DNA from: Octopus vulgaris
Lineage: Eukaryota
Assembly (NCBI GenBank): GCA_951406725.2
Contig: OX597814.1
Span: forward strand, 108,004,001 to 108,068,000
Reading direction: 5' to 3'
Length of the DNA: 64,000 nt
Shown here: positions 26,300-40,395 of the stretch, piece by piece
Layout of the letters: each line of letters begins with the position of its first letter
Position numbering within the stretch: the stretch's first letter is position 1
Made by a program: the position numbers and the translations under genes
Notes under the pieces: generated by a model
Told to the model about the DNA's origin: nothing
Databases searched by the model: none
The model's input: only the letters and a program-made list of their open reading frames with translations

Positions 26300-26720
26300 G
26301 ACCACACTCGTTTTTAAGGCACCATACTATATTAAAATGTTAGCTTTGTTCAGAGAGTGACACATGTATCTTTCCTTAAAGGTATTTCTAGTTATTCCAA
26401 TGCAAGTTCTTGTGCTTCCATCCTTGACGGTGAAATTGGCCCTGGAAACTAGTTCGTTTTTCAAGTACATATTGTGATGGGGACAGTTATTAAAGAATCT
26501 ACAGTTACAAGATCTATGTGGGATATTCCTAATGCTATTATCCTCATTGTGATTGAAAATTGCTGAGCCTCGGATGGGGAGGCAACTGTAACTTATTTTA
26601 ATTGTGTTCCTATTAAAGATCATTTAATATTTATGTGAGCATGGAAAGTGGGTGTCTTTAAGTTTCAGAAATCATCTTGCTAAGTTTGTAATCATGATCA
26701 ATCTGTACAGATGGTTACAC
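26300..26720 (-). mobile_element. Penelope-like element remnant (Naiad-type linker plus GIY-YIG start)
   Basis: Minus-strand reading [56 protein letters not shown]..H matches the PLE thumb/linker (CxCx5C) and GIY-YIG pattern. Confidence 0.8.
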
Positions 26721-29021
26721 TGCAAAATTTTCCTATGTCAGAATCTTGTGGGCGTAAGTAAGTTTGGTTTGATGTAGCATATATTGTTCTTAAAATTGGA
26801 TCTTTCTAATGAGGTGCTGTAATAAGAGAACTACCTTTTTCAAGATTTTTTCATCAAAGGATAGGCCTGAAACACATGCCATTGTAAGGGAAATAACAAT
26901 TAATGTACTGACTTGAGTTACCTCCCCTCATCTGTGTCTGTAATAACTAAAATAACCGTTTTAAAGTCCTGTAAAATCTCTCATTATCTCACAGTGTCTT
27001 CCACCAAGAAGACTGATTCGTAGCATTAAGTGCAACACTAGAAAAATGGCAAAAATCTTCCATAAGACCTTTGGTAGCATTGTTAAACCACAAATAAAAA
27101 ATGTATTTATCCACCAAATACTTTGTTGAGCACTCTTTCTCACTGTACATCCCTATTGTGTGTGTACATATAAACACACACATATAAAATACTCTTACAC
27201 TGCAAATGTATCCAACCCACATACCTACAAATATATACAGACACACAAGTAGACAAAAATACTTATGTATGACCACTTAATCAAATATTCATACACTGTA
27301 AACTAACTTTTGTTTTTCATTTGTGACACAAAATACATCTGGCAGTGTTCCAGGCTATATATAAATGAAACTAGCAATAACTTGAAGAAAATGTATAGCT
27401 GGTCTCGGCTACAAATCAAATTGTTATTTTGTTTGATAGTTAACAGCTGGGAATCCTAATCTCTAAACATACTTAGAAACTGTGTGGTAAGAAGCTTGGT
27501 TTCCAACCACATAGTTCTGGGTTCAATCCTATTGCATGGCACCTGGGGCAAGTATCTTTTATAGCCTTGGGCCTTGTGAGCAGATGTAGTAGATGGAAAT
27601 TGAAAAAAGCCCATCATATGTGAATTCAACCATTTGTTAATGATCATTTAATGTTCAAGTTCCGTGCTGGCACCAGAAGGACTGTTGGACAAGATTCAAT
27701 GGGTCTGAGAAGTACATTATGTGCCAGTGTCTTCATAGGGGAGAAAGAAACTGTGAAAGTCCTTTGTGTGTGTTGAGTTATGTCCCTTTATGTTAAAACT
27801 GTAACTTATTTTATCAGTCTACCAAACTGCTAAGTACCAGATTACTCAGTACAGGAGTGGGGTGGGGGTGATACAGTTAATTAAAAAACGCTCCAGTATG
27901 GTCAGTCCCATAATTGAAATTACAGGGGCTTAGTGGTTAAGATGTTGGCCTCACAGTTTCAGGCTGTGGGTTCAATTTCTACATTGGGCTACACATTGTG
28001 TCCTCCAGACTGCCAGGAACTTACTTGCAACACTCATTGCTTTAATAAAAGGTTTTATTAGATTTTTTTCATTAAAGAGAAAGAAAAGAAAAACAATTAT
28101 TCCGCGAATCTCTTTCTGACTGCAATTATTTTGTCTTTAAGAAACGTTTTGCTTTCTAGAAGATTTATTGTATCTCAGCAGGTTATTATATTATGCTGAC
28201 AATTTCTAAAAAGAATGACAGAGTGTTATATACTATTACCAATGACTCAGAAGTCAAGAACTCTGGAATTGTGTATTCTAGGGTCAGGAGTGACTGTGTG
28301 GTAAGAAACTTGGTTCCCAACTACATGGTTCTGTGTTCAGTCCCATTGCATGGCACCTGGGGAAAGTATCTTCTGTAGCCTTGGGACTTGTGAGCGGATG
28401 TAGTAGATGGAAACTGAAAGAAGCTCATCATGTGCACGCTCATGTGTTTGACCCCCCACCCCCACTGCTTGACAACTGGTGTTGGTGTGTTTGTTACATA
28501 ACTTAGCAGACTGAGAGAATAAGTACCAGGCTTAAAAAAAATGAGTCCTGGAGTTCGTTTATTCAACATAAATTCAAGGTGGTACTCCAGCATGGCCACA
28601 GTCAAACAAAGAATAATGCTGTTAGCTTAGGGAATAGAAACCCTGATGTTCCAATCAAGAGTGCAGCACCCCTAACGACTGGGCCCCATGCCAAGCGCTA
28701 AGGATGTTGGCCTTTCTTTTATTGTTGCTGCTAATAACAATAACATCATAACCATTAAATATCTGTATTCCTTGCTGGAATAGGTGAGACAGTTTGACAG
28801 GATCTGATGGGCCCAAGGACTGCATTGTGCGCCAATGTCAACTTTAGTGTGGTTCCTACAGCTGGATGCCCTTCCTAACACCTACCACTTTGCAACATAG
28901 ACTAAGTGCTTTTCTTGTGGCACCAGCATTAGGGAGGTCACCATGCAGTCTGCAAGACTAAGATCCTCTTTAACTGAGTGGGTAGCTAGAGAGTGGTAGT
29001 GGTGGTGGGTTTAAGCTAGAT

Positions 29022-29221
29022 CTGTGGTTCTGAACCAGGGTCCCTGGGACCCTTCTTGGGGTCCATATTAGATTTTGTTGTTCAAGCTTATGTGAAATAA
29101 ATTAGTTACACTTCTGCAATACACAAAATATTTTTTTACACAATTCTTAATATTTAATTATAAAAATATAAAAAAAAACTGAATGGCTAAGGGGTCAGTA
29201 AAATAAGGTTGAGAACCATTG
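29022..29221. mobile_element. hAT-type MITE
   Basis: TIRs CTGTGGTTCTGAACC / GGTTGAGAACCATTG; degenerate TSD AGCTAGAT/TGCTTGAT. Confidence 0.65.
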
Positions 29222-29712
29222 TGCTTGATGAGGGGTTTAAGTATGAAAGAAGGGAACAGAACAGGGTTTTTCTGGAGAGGAGTTACATGATTACTCATAT
29301 TTTAGGAGAAAGGGGTCAGGTGATTGAACTGTAGCTGGGGAGAGGGAAAAATAGTTGGAGTGAGATGTCTGGGTCTACCTTCAAGATATAAAGTGAGTAG
29401 AAGTGAGAAGGGTGGTCAGAGGAACCAGGAATGTGGGTGAGTGGAGGTTGCCAGAGTGTAGGGGTCGGGAAGACCTTATATGTTCATCAACAGCAAACAA
29501 GGTTAGATAAAAGAATATATCCTCCAGAACCCAAAATAACTTTCAATAAATCTGATAAGTTGGGAGGGTCAGTTTTTTTGTCACTAATAAGGAACACACA
29601 CTGGTTATATTTCACTTCTGAAAATGAATTTGTCAACAATTCTATTGATTGATCGTTCAGCTAATCAATCAGCGAGCACAACTATGATAGATTTGGACAA
29701 GAAAGGGTGTGT

Positions 29713-30586
29713 GAGGTGGTATCAAGAAAGTTCCTGGACTAGTTATGTTTAATAAAAAATAATTTATTTACCTAAGTTTTAACATCATCTCCTTCAAACT
29801 AGTCACCTTGTGCAGCAATATACCTGTCCCAGCATTCCTACCACTTTCAGAATCCAGACTGGAAGTTGTTTTCTGTGAGTCAAGGACCTTCTGTGATTTG
29901 CACTGGATCTCAACAAAGGTTTTAAAACGATGAGCTGCAGACTCATCTTGGGGGAAGAGATGAAAGTCTGCAGCTGCTAAGTCTGGTGAATATGCTGGAA
30001 ATAATGCCATGTTGTTTTTGGCAAGAAACTCTCAAGTGGAGCTCGGTGACAGGGTGCATTGTTGTCTCAAAGAATCCAGTTCTTCATGCCCCACAGATTT
30101 GGGCTCTTTTTCTGAATGCCCTCCCTCAAATGCTTCAAAACAGTAGGACCCTCGATTGACGGTCTGGCCCTAAGGGCCAAATTCTCCATGTACAATACCA
30201 CATTTCTAGGAGTGATGCTCGTGGCAGGTCTTCCAGGTCACTCATTGTCTTCCAGGTGTGTCCTTCGGCTGTTGAAGCACCTGTGCCACTTGAAGCATTG
30301 TGTACGACCCATTGCCTCATCACTGCAAGCTTACCAAAGAATGCTGAATGTCTCTGTAGCAGACTGCCAAAGTTTAATGCAAAATTCCTTGTTGGCTTTC
30401 TGTTCCTGTCCATGACAAAATCACAGACCACAACATCCATTTGATCACAAATCACAAAATGCAATGTGAACACGGCAATGTTGCTCCACACACTGCCTCA
30501 TGAAGGTCACTGAAAGCTCTCATCATGCGTGCAGCCGCGTGCTGCCATGCTACAGAACTAGTCTGGGAACTTCTTGACACCACCTT
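29713..30586 (-). mobile_element. Internally deleted mariner element
   Basis: Imperfect TIRs GAGGTGGTATCAAGAAAGTTCCTGGACTAGTT / AACTAGTCTGGGAACTTCTTGACACCACCTT. PAYSPDLAAADFHLFP motif in ORF 29768..30010. Confidence 0.88.
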
Positions 30587-32061
30587 CTTTCATTGATGAG
30601 GTCATGAGTGGTGACGAAAGGATTGTGATGAACTGATTGACCACCGAATGGCTAATCAGACAATTAATTAATTGGTTGACTAATGATAATTGCTTCTATT
30701 ACAGGCACGAGGCCTGAAATTTGGGGGAGGTGGAGTCCAGTTGGTTACATTAATCCTTTGCAAGGATTTGAACTCAGAATGTGAAGAACCAGACGAAATG
30801 CCAGTAAACAGTTTGTTTGAAATGCTAAGGATTCTGCCAGCCGGATGGCTTAATGCCATTATTTCCTTCTAATCTTGGCACAAGGCCAGAAATTCAATTA
30901 TATTGGTCTCTGTTCTTAACTGATATTTATTTTATTAACCCCAAAAGAATGAAAGGCAAAGTAGACCTCGGCCGAATTTGAACTTGGAACCTGAAGCTGG
31001 ATGAAATGCCGCAAAGCATTCTGCCTGATGTGCTGTCAATTCTGCTAAGCTCACTGCCTTAATGATAACAGTAATAATGGTTTCAAATTTTGGCACAGAT
31101 CCAGCAATTTTGGAAGAGGGAATTAGTTGCTTATATTGACCACCCCCTACACACACACACCCATTATTTAACTGGTACTATCAATCCCAATAGGATAAAG
31201 GACAAAGTTGACCTCGGTGAAATTTGAACTCAGAACGTAAAAATAAACAAAATGCCATTAAGGATTTTGTCTAATGTGCTTATCAGTTCTGCTAGCTCAC
31301 TGCCTTAATAATAATAATAATAACAACAATAATAAAAGAAGTGAAACAGAACCAGTGTGTATGTGTGCTTCTTCTTGGTAAAAAGAAATGACCCTCCCAA
31401 GATGCAACAAAATCTGTATCAACATATTTCACATCAAGAATTTTGCAAACTAAATACAAAACTTTCTATAAATTCTTCGTTAATAGACTGAAATTAACCA
31501 GTCCCAAATTAAAAAACCCAAAACGAATGATATTCTTTGTTTTTAATTAACTCATCACAGATTTGCCAAAATATTTTAAATTTCTTTCTTATACATTTTA
31601 TTTTTTCCCTTTTTCTTCTGCCAATTTCTTTAGATTTTTTTCATTTTCTTATAAACAAACAGTAAATCCGTCCAAGCACACAACACTAGCCACTATGTGG
31701 TCACCTGGCCTGCTTGAAATAGCAGCCAAACCTCCTCACTATCATGTCTTTGCCGTCCTTTTCCTTAGTTCAAAAAAATAAAGACATATTAGACACAGAC
31801 GGGATGGCCATGGTTAGAATGCTTCTGATCATGGGTCTGTTATATGAGAACTGACCTGGGCTAAACATAAATCCCATCATCATCACAACCATTATGATCA
31901 ACATAACATTAACCATTTTGTTACCAAATTTCTGAAATACAAAGACACTGCCTTTGAATTTTGAAAATAATGACAAATTTAAGTAAAATAATTTAGTTAT
32001 ATTTGGAGACAGTCATTTTGCCAATAAACACACGTGTGAATATTTGATCGTCGCTTTATTA

Positions 32062-33331
32062 TTAGGTTGTCAAGAAAGTTTTTGCGGTTTTTAACCTTTA
32101 AATTCAGATGCACATATTTCAGCTCAAACAAAACTTTATTAATCATAATAAACATCGTCCGAATCAACATACTTTTGCCAACGCGAAACAAGTTTATTTA
32201 TGCCAGTAGTGTAAAAATTCTGGGGTTTGGTGGCGATGAAGTCATTGAAGGTGTATTTGGCATCGTCTTGGTATTTGAAGCATTTCTCAGGCAGGAAGTT
32301 GTCAAGATGCTTGAAAAAGTGGTAGTTGGTAGGCGAGAGGTCTGGTGAGTATGGCGGATGAGGCAGAGTTTCGTAGCCCCAATGCGTTCAACTTCTGCAG
32401 GGTCAGTTGTGCAATGTGCGGCCGAGTGTTGTTGTGGAGAAGAATTGGTCCTTTTCTATTGACCAATGTTGGCTGTTGTTGTCAGAGTTTCTTATACATT
32501 TTATCCATTTGCTGATAGTAATTCTCCGCCATAATGGTTTCGCCTGGATCCAAAGAGCTGTGATGGATGAGACTGGCCGCAGACCACCAAACAGTTACCA
32601 TGACCTTCTTTTGATGCAACTTTGGCTTTGGGAAGTGCTGTGGAGCTTCGTCGGTGTCCAACCACTGAGCTGAGCATTGCTGGTTGTTGTAAAGAATCCA
32701 CTTTTCATCACAAGTCATAATCTGGTTGAGAAATGGGTCGTTCTTGTTGCATAAATGAAGGGAAGACGACACTTCAAAACAGCATTTTTTTTGGTTGTCG
32801 TTCAATTCGTGGGGCACCCATTTCTCAAGTATTTGTGTTTTTCCAATCTCTTTCAAGTGGTTGGAAATTGTCGTATAAGTTACGTCTAATACAGAAATAA
32901 GCTCTCGAACAGTTGTGCATGGATTGGCTTCGACTAAAGCTCTTAGTTGATCATTGTCAACATCCGATGGCCGACCACAACGCTTATCATCTTCAAGACT
33001 CTCGTCACCACTACGAAATTTCTTGAACCACCATTGTGCTGAACATTCATTAATGGTTCCTGCGCCAAATGCATCGTTGATATTGCAAGTTGTTTCAGCA
33101 GCTTTTTGGCCTAGCTTGAACTGGAATAAGAAAATTGTGTGTCCATATTGTATTCAATGTTCCGGAAAAAATGGCCTAATTATTTAAAAAGAAAAAGAGT
33201 AACATGATAAGAGCGAAAAACGGACTTTAAAATGATATATAAAGTCAAAGTAATTTAACGAAAATTAATTTGAATATACATCATTTAAAAGCAAAATTTA
33301 AAATTCCGCAAGAACTTTCTTGACAACCTAA
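32062..33331 (-). mobile_element. Full-length, decayed mariner transposon (Hsmar1/cecropia-like TIRs)
   Basis: TIRs TTAGGTTGTCAAGAAAGTT(T/C)TTGCGG at both ends with TA target duplications. Transposase motifs WVPHEL, TCDEKW and HPPYSPDL are present; the frame is broken. Confidence 0.95.
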
Positions 33332-35050
33332 TATTATTAGTTTGTCAGGGTTCATTTGTCGTCCATTCTGTGACTTCTTTGATGGCTATCTCTTCTTCTC
33401 TGTGTCTCCTCTTCACAGAAAGACAAGCTGGAATACAAGACAGGACAAGACCAGAGCAAGGAGACCTGGAGACGAACAGTCAGTGAAGAGATCACAAAAA
33501 TGTGTGACGAAAGAACTCTAATAAACTAATAACGAGTGGGACCCATGGAAATGCTGTGGAATGGTAAAAACCAAGACCTGTTTAAGAAAGAAAGGATGAT
33601 CTGCATTTCTATAACATAGTTTAGCTTTCTTTAAATATTCTTGACGTTCGTCTACATTTATTTCCTCATGTCTCCGTCAGTGTTGTCTTTTTCCTCTTTT
33701 TATTTTATCTCCTCACTGTTCCTCTCTGATCTGTGCATCGTTTCTCGGGCAGCTTGCAACTGTGTTTCTTGTGAATCCAGAGTTTAGGCTAAATTAACTC
33801 TTGTAAACAAATACTAATTTTTTTAAAGTAAACACAATAAATTAATTGCACTTATGCACATTTTAAGTGATGGTCACTATACAAAAACAAACCCCCCAGT
33901 TTTTCACTATCAACACACCACTCCTGCCATCTGCCTCCCCCCTGTCCATCTCTACCTCCCTTTCCCTTCAGCTAACTTTTTAACTTACCCCGTGTCACCA
34001 TGTCGTTGATGCTTCTCTTTCTTCACCGCTACCTGACCATGTGATGCATTTGGCTTCAGTGTATTGATATTAATCACCTTTCTCTGCTTTTCCTTCTCTA
34101 ATGTATCGTGGTACTCCGTCGAGGGTTCCAGTTGATCCAATCAATAGAACAGCCTGCTCGTAAAATTAACGACATGTGTACCCTTAATGTAGTTATCAGG
34201 GAGATTCAGCATGACACAGAATGTGAGAAGGCTGGCCCTTTGAAATACAGGTACAACAGAAACAGGACGAAAGAGTGAGAGAAAGTTATGGTGATAGAGT
34301 ACAGCAGTGTTTGCCACCACCCCATCCTGCTGGACCATGGGGAGCTTTAGGTGTTTTTGCTCAATAAACACAATGCCCAGTCTGGGAATCGACACCGCAA
34401 TCCTATGACAAGTCCACTGCCTTAACCACTGGGCCATTACTCCTCCACTCTAATGTATAATGGGCAAACAAACAACCAGATTATTATAAAGATAATAATA
34501 AAGTTAAAGTGAAGATCAAATAAACAGTGTGGGTGTTTAATGGCAAAAAAAGTTACCGTCCCAAAATAATTACACTGTTTCAACACTCGGTGGTTTCACA
34601 TCAGGAATCTTGTAACTCAAATATAACGGTTTCGCCCTTATTAATGTGGTTTTTCAAACATAAATTTAAAATGAAATTTTGAAGGAAGATTTTAATTAAG
34701 ATCATTTTAAAACAAAGTTTGTATCGGGACTAAAAGCAGCAGTCTTAGGCAGCTGGTATCAAAATGGTTAAACCCTGCTGGGATGGAGAACAATTTTTTT
34801 TTTTTTAAATTGCTCAGTCAAGAAGGGGCTGCAGTGTCTATGACCTTTTTTAAGGGTCTCTGTAGGGTCATCCAATTCTGGAACAACAGAAGGAAGAAAT
34901 GCATCCTTAAACGAAAGACCTGATCCAAATGCTTGCAACAGAGTAGATTCTGATAAAGGCAGAAGAACAGCAACTCTTAGGTTCTGACCAAGTTCACCTT
35001 GGCCAGTGTTCACTGTGGTCACCATCAAACAGTAAAAGGACAATGCAGAT

Positions 35051-35396
35051 CAGTGGTTCTCAACCATTTATTTCTGGATCCCTTTCATTCTTATTTTACT
35101 TAGGGTGGGGGAAACCCCACCATTTCATGCCTAAAGAAACCTATCATATAGGTTTAGAATTTAATATTACGAATTGTAATTTGTAGGAGTATAAAGTATT
35201 TTATTATTCTTTTTATTTCAGTCATTTGACTGTAGCCATGCTGGAGCACTGCCTTTAGTCGAACGAATTGACCCCAGGACTTATTCTTTGTAAGGTTAGT
35301 ACTTATTCTATTGGCCTCTTTTGTTGAACCGCTAAGTTATGGGGACATAGACACACCATCATCAGTTGTCAAGTGATAGTGGAGGGACAAACACTG

Positions 35397-35447
<51 letters not shown>

Positions 35448-35655
35448 TATATATGGCGGGCTTCTTTCAATTTCCATCTACCAAATCCACTCACAAGGTT
35501 TTGGTTGGCCCGAAGCTATAGTAGAAGACACTCGCCCAAGGTGCTGTGCAGTGGGACTGAACCTGGAACTATGTGTTTGGTAAGCAATCTACTTACCACA
35601 CAGCCATTCCTACCCACTGCCAAGGGCGATATGGACCCCTGACTGAGAACCACTG
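35051..35655. mobile_element. hAT-type MITE with a nested SINE
   Basis: TIRs CAGTGGTTCTCA / TGAGAACCACTG; SINE inserted at ~35215-35610; TSD not clear. Confidence 0.6.
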
Positions 35656-36340
35656 GTGGAGAGAGTTGATGTCCCGACTGCACTGACCTCTATTGCTGTG
35701 ACAGGGTGTGCAGTGAAGTCCTTCAGTTTGGCAGAAAACACATGGTGTACCTGAAAATGTAGATCTGAGGGGAGATGGGGGTGTCAGTCATGTCCAGTTA
35801 TTGGTCTGGACTGACCTGATGGGACACAACAACAACAACAAAGAAAACAAGAAACAAAGACAAAAATAAAAAATAGCAACAAATCTCTTTATAATCAAAG
35901 AAATGATATTTAAAAAAAAAAAGGAAAATATTTTAAAAATGTGCGTGTAATGATTAAAAGAAGTTTATACATTTTTATGGCTGTATGAGGTGTTTAATAG
36001 GGGTAGATGTTTAATTAGGGTGGGGAGTAGAGAGGTGTTTAATTGGGGATGATCTGGGGTGGGGACTGAAAGTTGTTTAATAGGGGTAGACGTGTGGGGG
36101 AAGAGGTGGTTAACTGGGGTAGATGTGGGAAGAAAATTATGTTTAATTAGGGTGGGAGAAATGTTTAACTATGGGGTGGATATAGAAAGAAAGAGGTGGA
36201 GAGGAGTTAGCTGGGTGGATGTACCCTGGTACACATACAAGAAACACAAGAACTGTTAGAATCTCTACAAATGTTTTAGTCAAAGACAGAAAATATTATT
36301 ATCATTATTATACATGTAAATTTACAAACCAGAGGAGGAA

Positions 36341-36372
<32 letters not shown>

Positions 36373-36844
36373 CCCCCCAGAATCGGTGCTGTCTGAATTG
36401 CAGTGTGGATTTAGGGGGGAAACTTGGAGTGTGGTTGACATAATCTTCACAGCTTCAAGAAAAGTGCCAGCCTTTGGTTAGCCCAAGGCTATAGTAGAAG
36501 ACACTCGCCCAAGGTGCCACACAGTGGGACTGAACCCAGAACCATGTGGTTGGTAAGCAAGCTACTTACCACACAGCCACTCCTACCCACCGCCAAGGGC
36601 CAGATGGATCCCTGACTGAGAACCACCGGTGGAGAGAGTTGATGTCCCGACTGCACTGACCTCTATTGAGTGGCATCTGTTAACCTCTCCAAAACATTTG
36701 ACACTGTGCAGAGATAGCTTTTCTGGAAGGCCCTCTTCAGTTGTGGTCACACAGATAAGTCTCTCAACATCCATTGTGAGCTTGGCAACAAAATGGTGTT
36801 GCAAAGACAAGCTGGTACGATCCTTCCTTATATATATCTGTGCT

Positions 36845-37145
36845 TGGCTCAGTGGTTAAGGTACATGGCTCACAATCGTAAGATTGTGAGTTCAATCCCC
36901 AGCGACACATTGTGTCCTTGAGCAAGACACTTTATTTTACATTCCTCCAGTCCACTCAGTTGGCAAAAATGAGCTGTACCTGTAATTTAAAAGGGGCCAG
37001 CCTTGTCACAATCTATGTCATGCTGAATTTCCCTCAGAACTACATTAACAGAACGTGTGTCTGTGGAGTGCTCAGCCACTTGTACATTAATTTCACAAAC
37101 AGGCTGTTTTGTCGATCAGACCAACTGGAACCCTGTCACAGACAG
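36845..37145 (+). mobile_element. tRNA-derived SINE family D (CORE/Meta-like; others at 34115-34440 on the minus strand and 62930-63190)
   Basis: TGGCTCAGTGG A-box, GAGTTCAATCCC B-box, TGTGTCCTTGAGCAAGACACTT core. Confidence 0.75.
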
Positions 37146-39852
37146 TGTGCCAGTCAGGAATGCTACAGAAGTGTGTGTGTTACCCCCATTGTTCTTTAAT
37201 AATATTCTTGCATGTCACCAGGCTTCTCTGCAACAAATATTGAAGACACTAGAAGTGCACTTCAAGTTGGACAACAATCTCTTTAACAATAAGAGACTTC
37301 TACGTTTGCTGGTTCCAAACTCTGTAGGAGTAGGACCTAAAAGCAGAGCTGCAGTATGCAGATAACTGTCCTTGAGGCCCTTACTCAGGGAAACCTTCAA
37401 AACTGTCTTTGCCATGTGTGTGTGGAGGGGAGAGTGCATGGAAGGACAGAAGTGACCTGTCAATAAGGGCCAGTGTCTTGCCCTCTGTCTTACCCCTAAA
37501 ACCAGTTTGACAGGATCCAGTGGGACCAGGGACAGCATCATGCTACAGTGTCTACTTTGACAGGATTTCTACAGCTGGATGCCCTTCTTAATGCCAACCA
37601 CTTTACAGAGTGTCTGCTGGGTGCTTTTCATATATACACACACACACACACACACTCCAGCTGTAATAGAATTTGTGGTCCTAGGATGGGCGTGTTCAGT
37701 TGCCAAAGACTGGCTATTAAACAAGTATGCATTGACATTGGATTTCAATTGACAACTGAAAGAAACTAGTGTTTTTCAGTGAATGTATGTACGAGTATGT
37801 GTGTGTGTGTAGCCTAATGATTAGGGTGATGCTAGAATATGGGTTCAATTCCTGAACCGAGCAGCAAGTTTTGTTCTTGAGCAAAACACTACTCCAGTCT
37901 ACTCAGCCACAATCTCGATCAGGCGGGAATGTGGGCCTGCTTGCCCAGCCATCAGGGTGGCATCATTCGATGGTTAAAACAATGCAAAGTGCATTGTGAC
38001 CAGGGATGTATAACAACATCCACCAATCTGGTTGATACCACGAATACTGTGTCTACGTAAATGATTAGGAGACATGAATTCTGTATTTGATTTCTTTCGC
38101 AAGATGGGAGGTAGAAGTTTTATTTAAAAGAAACAAGGATAGAAAGCAGCATCGAGTGTCCATGTAGCAGCCACGTGTTTATTAAAAACACACAGTTGTT
38201 ATGAATGTAGATAGCTACATTCATCTTGCTGTATTTATACGTCAGTGTTGATGAAATGCCGACAAGGAAGGGCAATGGCATGCGAGGAGTAGAAAGCAAA
38301 CATAACGAGGAAGAGGAAGGCGAGGAAGTCGACATTGGGGAGTTGGGCAATTAATATAATATAATCATACCCTCCTCCATTTTGTACCATGATGATGATG
38401 ATAATCCTTTGTACTTTCAGGCATGAGGCCTGAAATCTCAGGGGATGGGGTAAGTTGATTACATTTATCCCCAGTATGCAACTGGTACTTATTTCATCGA
38501 CCCTGAAAGGATGAAATTGTAAAGTTGATCTCGGTGGAGTTTGAACTCAGAATGTAAAGACACATGAAATGCCGTTAAGCATTTTGCCAGGCATGCTAAC
38601 GATTCGAGCAGCTCACCACCCCAATAATAATAATGTCTAGCTTAGCCATGAGGCCAGCAATATTTGAAGGGAGGGCTTGGTTGATGACATTGATCCTAGG
38701 ACCAATACTGGTCTTATATTTTATCAACCCTTAAAAGATGAAAGGTGTCGACTTTGGTAGGATTTGAACTTTAAAACCAAAGCAGACACAAACAAACAAA
38801 TACTGCAAAGCAATTTTTTTCAAATACTCATGATTTTGCCAGCTTCACCGCTCCATCAATAATAAATGTTTTCTAATTTTGGCACAAGGGCCAGCGATTT
38901 TGAAAAGAAAGAGGTTAGTTGATTGCATCAATTCCAGAACTCGACTGGTGCTTTATTTTATCGACCCCAGAAAAGATGAAAGGCAAAGTTGATCTTGGGG
39001 CAGATTTGAACTCAGAGCCGGAAGTAATGCTGCCAACCATTCTGTACGATGTGCTAACGATTCTGCCAGCTCGTTGCCTTAATATTAAAAATAATGGCTT
39101 CTATTTGAGACACAAGGCCAGCAGCTTTTGAGGGGAAATAATCAGCACCCTCAACCCCCAGTATTTCACTGGTACTTTATTTTATCAACTCTAAGAGGGA
39201 TGAAAGGCAAAGGTGACCTTGACAGGATTTGAACTCAGAGCGTTAGTTGTGGGAAGAAGCACTGCAAAGCATTTGTTTTTGATGCTTTAAAACGATTCTG
39301 CTAGATCGCCGCCTTAAGAACAGGAAGAATATGAAATCAGCAAGTGTGGCAGTGAGAATGAGGAGGAAGAAAAATGGTCAATGAAGGAATTTTTGGTGCC
39401 AATCAAAAATTTAAAAAAGGGGGTGGAAAAAAGGAAGAAAAAAAAAGCAGGAAAAAAAATCCATTTCTGTTTTGTTTTGTTTTTTACAAAATTAAAAAAA
39501 ATGTTGGCAAGTGAGATGGGTGGGGGTGGAGTGGGGACAAGATTTTGGGGGAGATGAGGGGGCGGGTGTGTGTGAAAAAAATTAATGAGTTTATATTTCT
39601 TTTATTTATTTATTAATTATTTTTTTTTGCTTTATCTTCCAAGTTGGTTTCCAACACCGAAACACGTAGCAGAGTCATTTGTCTGTCTGTTCGTCCTCAT
39701 CGTTTTATACTTTCTGCCAAAAGTATTCCTTGCCCCAATCAGCCGTGTCAGAAGATCAAACTCTGACATTTCGCTTCCATTTAATTATTCCTTTGTCTTT
39801 TCCTTCTGGCCATTTCCATTACGATTCCCCTACCCCCTCCCATTATTATTAT

Positions 39853-39964
39853 TTATACACACAATGTGTTCGTGTTCTCCTCTGGATCTAACTTCCTTTC
39901 TTGTATAGGGTCTCGACACATCGGACATCGTTCCAACTGAAGTGCACAAGTATCGCAGAATCCT
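39853..39964 (-). CDS. RSPRY1: RSPRY1 last coding exon (C-half of RING finger, stop)
   Basis: Long polypyrimidine tract ...gcttttccag|A. Translates GFCDTCALQLERCPMCRDPIQERKLDPEENTNTLCV*, TAA at 39855-39853. Candidate AATAAA on the minus strand near 39601-39606. Confidence 0.95.
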
Positions 39965-40395
39965 CTGGAAAAGCAAAAAAGAAAGAAAGGTAAGATTTAC
40001 TGTAGAATATTTACTCTTTTACTTGTTTCAGTCATTTGACTGTGGCCATGCTGGAGCACTGCCTTTAGTTAAGCAGGACTTATTCTTTGTAAGCCTAGTA
40101 ACTTATTCTATCAGTCTCTTTTGTCGAACAGCTAAGTTACAGGGACATAAACACACCAGCATTGGTTGTCAAGTGATGTTGGGGGGACAAATACAGACAC
40201 ACAAACATACACACACACACATACAATGAGGTTCGTTCAGTTTCTGTCTACCAAATCCACTCACAAGGCTTTGGTCGGCCCGAGGCTATAGTAGAAGACA
40301 CTCACCCAAGGTGCCGTGCAGTGAGACTGAACTTGGAATCATGTGGTTGGTAAGCAAGCTACTTACCACATAGCCAATATTACTATCTCTAAATA

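Noticed and set aside
26670-26680. In-frame TGA in the Naiad-like remnant as possible selenocysteine
   Set aside because: It is not at a Cys position, a TAA is nearby and no SECIS was found; ordinary decay is more likely.
33419-33563. Plus-strand acceptor followed by a short open frame
   Set aside because: The peptide (..KETWRRTVSEEI) looks like an RTE LINE C-terminus and stops soon after.
38245-38354. Acidic, protein-like short frame (..EEEEGEEVDIGELGN*) after a possible acceptor
   Set aside because: Weak acceptor, GA-rich low complexity and no partner exons found.
39909-39989. Apparent 81-nt plus-strand exon (ttgtatag|...AAG|gtaaga) with two open frames
   Set aside because: It is the antisense shadow of the RSPRY1 last exon and its polypyrimidine tract; the minus-strand reading gives the RING motif.
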